From the NCBI GenBank assembly GCA_041665345.1, contig JBAYJA010000001.1, forward strand, positions 329,206 through 393,205: a DNA stretch of 64,000 bases. The letters are read 5' to 3'. Numbering within the stretch: the stretch's first letter is position 1; each line of letters starts with the position of its first letter. The DNA is from Patescibacteria group bacterium. Lineage in GTDB: Bacteria; Patescibacteriota; Patescibacteriia; PEXW01. Below the pieces are notes generated by a model, which made no database searches, had not been told where the DNA came from, and saw only the letters and a list, made by a program, of their open reading frames with translations. This document shows, piece after piece, positions 59,946 to 64,000 of this stretch. The position numbers and the translations under genes were made by a program.

Positions 59946-60848
59946 TCATTTGATACCCTGTTTTTTCATCCACACTTTTACCAACCGCAAAGCCTGGACG
60001 GGGGAGTGGATCCAGTGGATCTCCTGGTTCCGCTTGAACCAGGTTCGCTGGCGTTTGGCATAATGCTGAATTTCATGCTCCAATTTTTTCACCATCTCAT
60101 GCTTCGTCAGATTGCCTTGGAGGAAGAGGGTAATGTAGCGGTACTCCAAGCCTAAATCGAGTAAACGTTTTTTAGGTACGCCAGCTTTGAGCAGTTTTTT
60201 CACTTCCGCCACCATCCCTTGCTTGAAGCGTGCGTGTAAGCGCCGGTGAATATTCTTGTGGAGCTTTCCTTTGCCAGGATCAATTCCCAACCACAGTACA
60301 TTGTATACTCGAGTTTGCTTTTGCTGAGGCACTGGCTTACCCGTTTGCATGACAATCTCCAGGGCGCGGATCAACCGTACGCGATTTTTTGTATCAATAT
60401 TTTTTGCACGTTCAGGATCGAGCTTCTGTAACGTGCGCACCAGCGCTTGCGTGGTCCATTTCGCTAACTTTTTTCTAAGAACAGGATTTGGTGGAACCGA
60501 TGGTAGGGTTTGTCCGTTGAGTAGCGAGTCAATCCAAAAGCCTGTCCCGCCAACAACCACGGGAATGTTACCCCGTTGGTAGATTTCTTTGAGCTTTCGA
60601 TTTCCATTACGAACAAAATCAGCCACCGTGAATACCTGCTTTGGATTTGCAACATCCAGCAGGTGGTGGGGGACAAGTCGCTGTTCAGCCTTTGTTACCT
60701 TCCCAGTGCCAATATCCATTCCACGGTACACCTGCCTTGAATCAGCAGACACAATCTCACCACGGAGTTTTGTGGCTAGGCGAATAGCCAGGCTGGATTT
60801 TCCTGAGGCGGTGGGGCCAACAACTGCGATGATGGGTGGGTAGGGCAT
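59946..60848 (-). CDS. miaA: tRNA dimethylallyltransferase
   Basis: GPTASGKS, SADSRQVYRGMDIGT, YAKRQRTWF. Confidence 0.97.
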   Translation of the reverse strand: MPYPPIIAVVGPTASGKSSLAIRLATKLRGEIVSADSRQVYRGMDIGTGKVTKAEQRLVPHHLLDVANPKQVFTVADFVRNGNRKLKEIYQRGNIPVVVGGTGFWIDSLLNGQTLPSVPPNPVLRKKLAKWTTQALVRTLQKLDPERAKNIDTKNRVRLIRALEIVMQTGKPVPQQKQTRVYNVLWLGIDPGKGKLHKNIHRRLHARFKQGMVAEVKKLLKAGVPKKRLLDLGLEYRYITLFLQGNLTKHEMVKKLEHEIQHYAKRQRTWFKRNQEIHWIHSPVQALRLVKVWMKKQGIK

Positions 60849-61051
60849 AGAGTGATTGGAGTATGATTTGCTTTTTTTGTCAAACTATGGTACAATATCC
60901 TTAGAATATCAAAAAAAGCGGAGAAATCATGCAGAATCACTTGAAGGGTACCATGCAACCACTTCAGTATCGTTTCCGGATCTAAGAACTCCGACGCTGT
61001 GCCGTCGGCTTTTTTCATTTTTTCCTTCACCATTTCCTAACCCCCAGGCAT

Positions 61052-64000
61052 ATGCCAGAACCAGTCAATCCAGCGCCGCAGAAGCGCGCAACCGCCGTTC
61101 GCACGCAGACCCCAACGAACACGGTTGTTCGGTCGTCGCTCCTCCTCATGACTGTGGCCGCCACGGTGAGTGCTGGCGTTTTGCTGGCCGCTTTGGTCAT
61201 TCAGTCTTTGCCTAAGCGAGTGTTTGAAGTCAAGAAAGTTGCGGCGGTGACGTCGCCTGCGGGGTATGAAGGGAATATTCTCTTGGTGAAATTTGCAGAT
61301 GCAAAATTAACAGACAAGCAACGGCTATCGGCTGTGAATGCCGCCCTGAAAAAGCCTGTGCAATGCACGCGAACGGAGACAGTGCGCGTGCGCCAAGGGT
61401 GGCGAAGAGTGAATAAGCAGGTGGACGTCAGTTACAACTGCACCGTGAAAGTGCAGCGCATGACGCCCGTAGTTCCAGCCAAGGAAGCAAGCACCGTATT
61501 GGCAGCGAACCGAGCAAGCAAAGTTGAGACAGCCGCTGCGAAGACTGCATATGCAACGCTACAACAGTACAGCATTATTACTCTCACCGGGACGCGGGTG
61601 AACGTTCCTTCAGCCATTGCGGTGTTGAAAGCAGCAGGTATTACCGCAGACGCAAATGGTGCCATGGGTATTGCAGCCTTGGCCAGCGATCCACGGGTTA
61701 CCTCAGCCTTGCAGACGTTGGGAGTAAGTGATGCGCAGACAAACGCCTATGGGGTGCAAGGCGATGCAAATGGCGATGGTGGCCTGACCTGGGCTGACCC
61801 AGAAGTGATGGTGCAGTACATCTTCAATGGTGGTGCCGCACCAACGAATCGCACTGGGGCAGATATGAATGCAGACGGTTTGCTGAATATCAGCGACGTT
61901 GTGCAGATGGTGCAGTCCTTGGTTGCCACTATGTCCGCGCCAAATGATTTGACTAGCGATGCGAAAGTGAACATGGATGACGTGCACTTCCTGCAGCGGT
62001 ACATCTTCAGCAATGGTGCGGCGCCAGTTCCCTTGGCAAGCGCAGACTACTCTGCTGATGGACAGGTGAACGTTTCCGATCTCGTGGGGTACGGGGTGTA
62101 CGTGCAAACCCATCCCGCGGCTCCTGTTGCTGCTTGCACCCGGGGTGACGCAAACGCAGATGGAAAAGTTGACCTCGCAGACGTCACAGCAATTTCTGAT
62201 TACATCTTCCAAGGTGCAACGCTGGCTGGTCTGCCTTGCGCTGACGTCAATAGTGATGGCAAGGTGAATATTAGCGACGCGGTTGCATTGGTTGCCTTAC
62301 TCCAAAATCCAGTTGCGACAACGCAAACCAATGGACGTTCTGCAGTACTTGGCGACACAATTCCTGCAACCGACACGCCCACAGATGGTGATCCTGGGTA
62401 CCTCCTGGGTGATGTTGATGCATCGAACCGAGTGAACAGCCAGGATGTCACCGCTCTTCTCAATTACATATTCCAAGGCGCGGCAGCGCCCAGCCCCTTG
62501 GCCCGCGCGGATTTGAATAGTGATGGACTGGTGAACATTTCCGACGGTGTAACACTAACCAATCTGATTTCTGCGAGCCAGAAAAACCGCTGCCAGGTTG
62601 CAGACCTGAACAATGATGGCCAGGTTGACGCGAAAGATCCATCCGTTATTGTTGACTACATTTTCAGTGGCGGGGCTGCTCCTGACACCACGAAAGCGGA
62701 TATTGATAACGATGGCCGCATTACCATAAGTGATGCTGTGGCGCTGACGAACTGCATTCAGCTAGCCGCAGCACCCCTTGCTGATTACAATAAAGTAAAC
62801 ACCAATGGTGCAGGGACGGAATTTTTGTTAGGTGATGCAAACAACAATGGTGCACGGAATTTGGATGATGCACAGTACATCATTGATTACATTTTCAACA
62901 ATGGCTCCGCGCCGGTGCCTATGGAAGCTGGTGACATTGATGGCAACGGGATAGTCAATATTAGCGACGTTGTTGCCTTGGTCAACCTTCTAGATATTCT
63001 GGCCAATAATCCAGCTGACCTGCCCGTGCTCTACGGTGATGCCAACAAAGATGGCGCGGTGGACAGCAAGGATATTGAAGCGCTTACTGCAGCGTTGATT
63101 GCCAAGCAGACAGACGCACAATTGGATGTGAATCGAGATGGGAAAGCCAATATTGTAGACGCCTACTACTTGCCCCAGCTTCTGAATGTTGACGGCGCAT
63201 CAAAGCCATTGCCTGACGTGAATGGTGACGGCAAGGTGAATTTTGGTGATGTGGATTACCTTTTGGCATACATTTTTGCTGGTGGTCCTGCGCCTGCCAA
63301 TATGAGTACGGCTGACGTGAACGGTGATGGTAAGGTGAACATTAGTGATGTTGTCGCAATCACCAATGCGCTGACGCAACAAGGCGTTCTGCAGTACATG
63401 ACCGGTGATGCAAACCGAGACGGACAAGTGACAATGGCTGACGCGCAGTACCTCATTGCCTACATTTTTGCCGGCGGCCCTGCACCAGACCCACTGCTCC
63501 GCGGTGACGTCAGCGGCGATGGCGCGGTGAATATTACGGACGTGGTGATCCTGGTGCAGCGTTTCAACCAAGTTCTCGCACCCGTGGGAACCCCAGAAGC
63601 CTCGGTTGCCGTGCTGGATACGGGCGTGAAAACCAGTGGCACGGTGCTGAAAGCAGCTGCTGTGACCACAAAGGATATCCCCGGTAATAAGAAGGACGAC
63701 GATAAGAACGGGTACGTTGATGATGCGTACGGTTGGAATACCTTGGTGGCTGGTGGCTCCACGATGGATACCAATGGGCACGGTACCACGGTCGCTACGG
63801 CGATTCTCCAAGTCGCACCAAAAGCACAAATTCTGCCGGTCGCAGTATTAGATCGGTCGGGTATGGGTACCTGCTTGTCGGTCGCGCGCGGGCTCATCTA
63901 CGCCACGCAGCAAGGTGCTGACGTCGCCAACATCAGCGCCAGCGGCAAGGGAACCTGCACGCTTCTGAGCGATGTTGCGGTGTACGCGCAAGCGCGAGGC
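61052..64000 (+). CDS. membrane-anchored S8 subtilase with nine inserted dockerin-like domains, 3'-truncated by window edge
   Basis: Hand translation gives 983 open codons: TM, prodomain (ILLVKF), 18 DxNxDG-type loops, VAVLDTG (63617), NGHGT (63779). Confidence 0.9.
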   Translation, partial: MPEPVNPAPQKRATAVRTQTPTNTVVRSSLLLMTVAATVSAGVLLAALVIQSLPKRVFEVKKVAAVTSPAGYEGNILLVKFADAKLTDKQRLSAVNAALKKPVQCTRTETVRVRQGWRRVNKQVDVSYNCTVKVQRMTPVVPAKEASTVLAANRASKVETAAAKTAYATLQQYSIITLTGTRVNVPSAIAVLKAAGITADANGAMGIAALASDPRVTSALQTLGVSDAQTNAYGVQGDANGDGGLTWADPEVMVQYIFNGGAAPTNRTGADMNADGLLNISDVVQMVQSLVATMSAPNDLTSDAKVNMDDVHFLQRYIFSNGAAPVPLASADYSADGQVNVSDLVGYGVYVQTHPAAPVAACTRGDANADGKVDLADVTAISDYIFQGATLAGLPCADVNSDGKVNISDAVALVALLQNPVATTQTNGRSAVLGDTIPATDTPTDGDPGYLLGDVDASNRVNSQDVTALLNYIFQGAAAPSPLARADLNSDGLVNISDGVTLTNLISASQKNRCQVADLNNDGQVDAKDPSVIVDYIFSGGAAPDTTKADIDNDGRITISDAVALTNCIQLAAAPLADYNKVNTNGAGTEFLLGDANNNGARNLDDAQYIIDYIFNNGSAPVPMEAGDIDGNGIVNISDVVALVNLLDILANNPADLPVLYGDANKDGAVDSKDIEALTAALIAKQTDAQLDVNRDGKANIVDAYYLPQLLNVDGASKPLPDVNGDGKVNFGDVDYLLAYIFAGGPAPANMSTADVNGDGKVNISDVVAITNALTQQGVLQYMTGDANRDGQVTMADAQYLIAYIFAGGPAPDPLLRGDVSGDGAVNITDVVILVQRFNQVLAPVGTPEASVAVLDTGVKTSGTVLKAAAVTTKDIPGNKKDDDKNGYVDDAYGWNTLVAGGSTMDTNGHGTTVATAILQVAPKAQILPVAVLDRSGMGTCLSVARGLIYATQQGADVANISASGKGTCTLLSDVAVYAQARG

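Noticed and set aside
61432-63921. Minus-strand and alternative-frame ORFs in the track
   Set aside because: They are shadows of the long plus-strand subtilase gene; the same applies to antisense ORFs over pheS, gyrB, rplA and the Ehr genes.

Overview
Bacterial DNA read with genetic code 11. Gene content suggests a Patescibacteria/CPR genome; this is an inference from the double-domain ThyX, UvrD-nuclease fusion, Ehr-type complex, heliorhodopsin and many small orphan genes. Core genes (pheS, pheT, gyrB, nnrD, secE-nusG-rplK-rplA, dut, thyX, tmk, gatB, miaA) alternate with runs of small stand-alone accessory genes. I see no rRNA, tRNA or CRISPR array. Main observations: (1) two tandem, separately promoted and terminated non-coding RNAs sharing a 13-nt core in sequence-different but equivalent stems (11.4-11.7 kb); (2) a six-gene hydrogenase-related (Ehr) operon whose small subunit has three of four Fe-S cysteines replaced by Asp, next to a beta-carbonic-anhydrase-like gene; (3) two expression grammars, with orphan cassettes carrying TTGAC-16/17-TAnnnT promoters, strong GGAG(G) RBS and terminators, while core genes are mostly SD-less or leaderless; (4) the 5' end of the UvrD gene present three times, bracketing inserted cargo; (5) a membrane-anchored subtilase, missing from the ORF track, with nine dockerin-like domains inserted inside its mature domain; (6) several REP-like families, including REPs translated in-frame inside a RAYT transposase. 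All family calls come from motif reading, not database searches.
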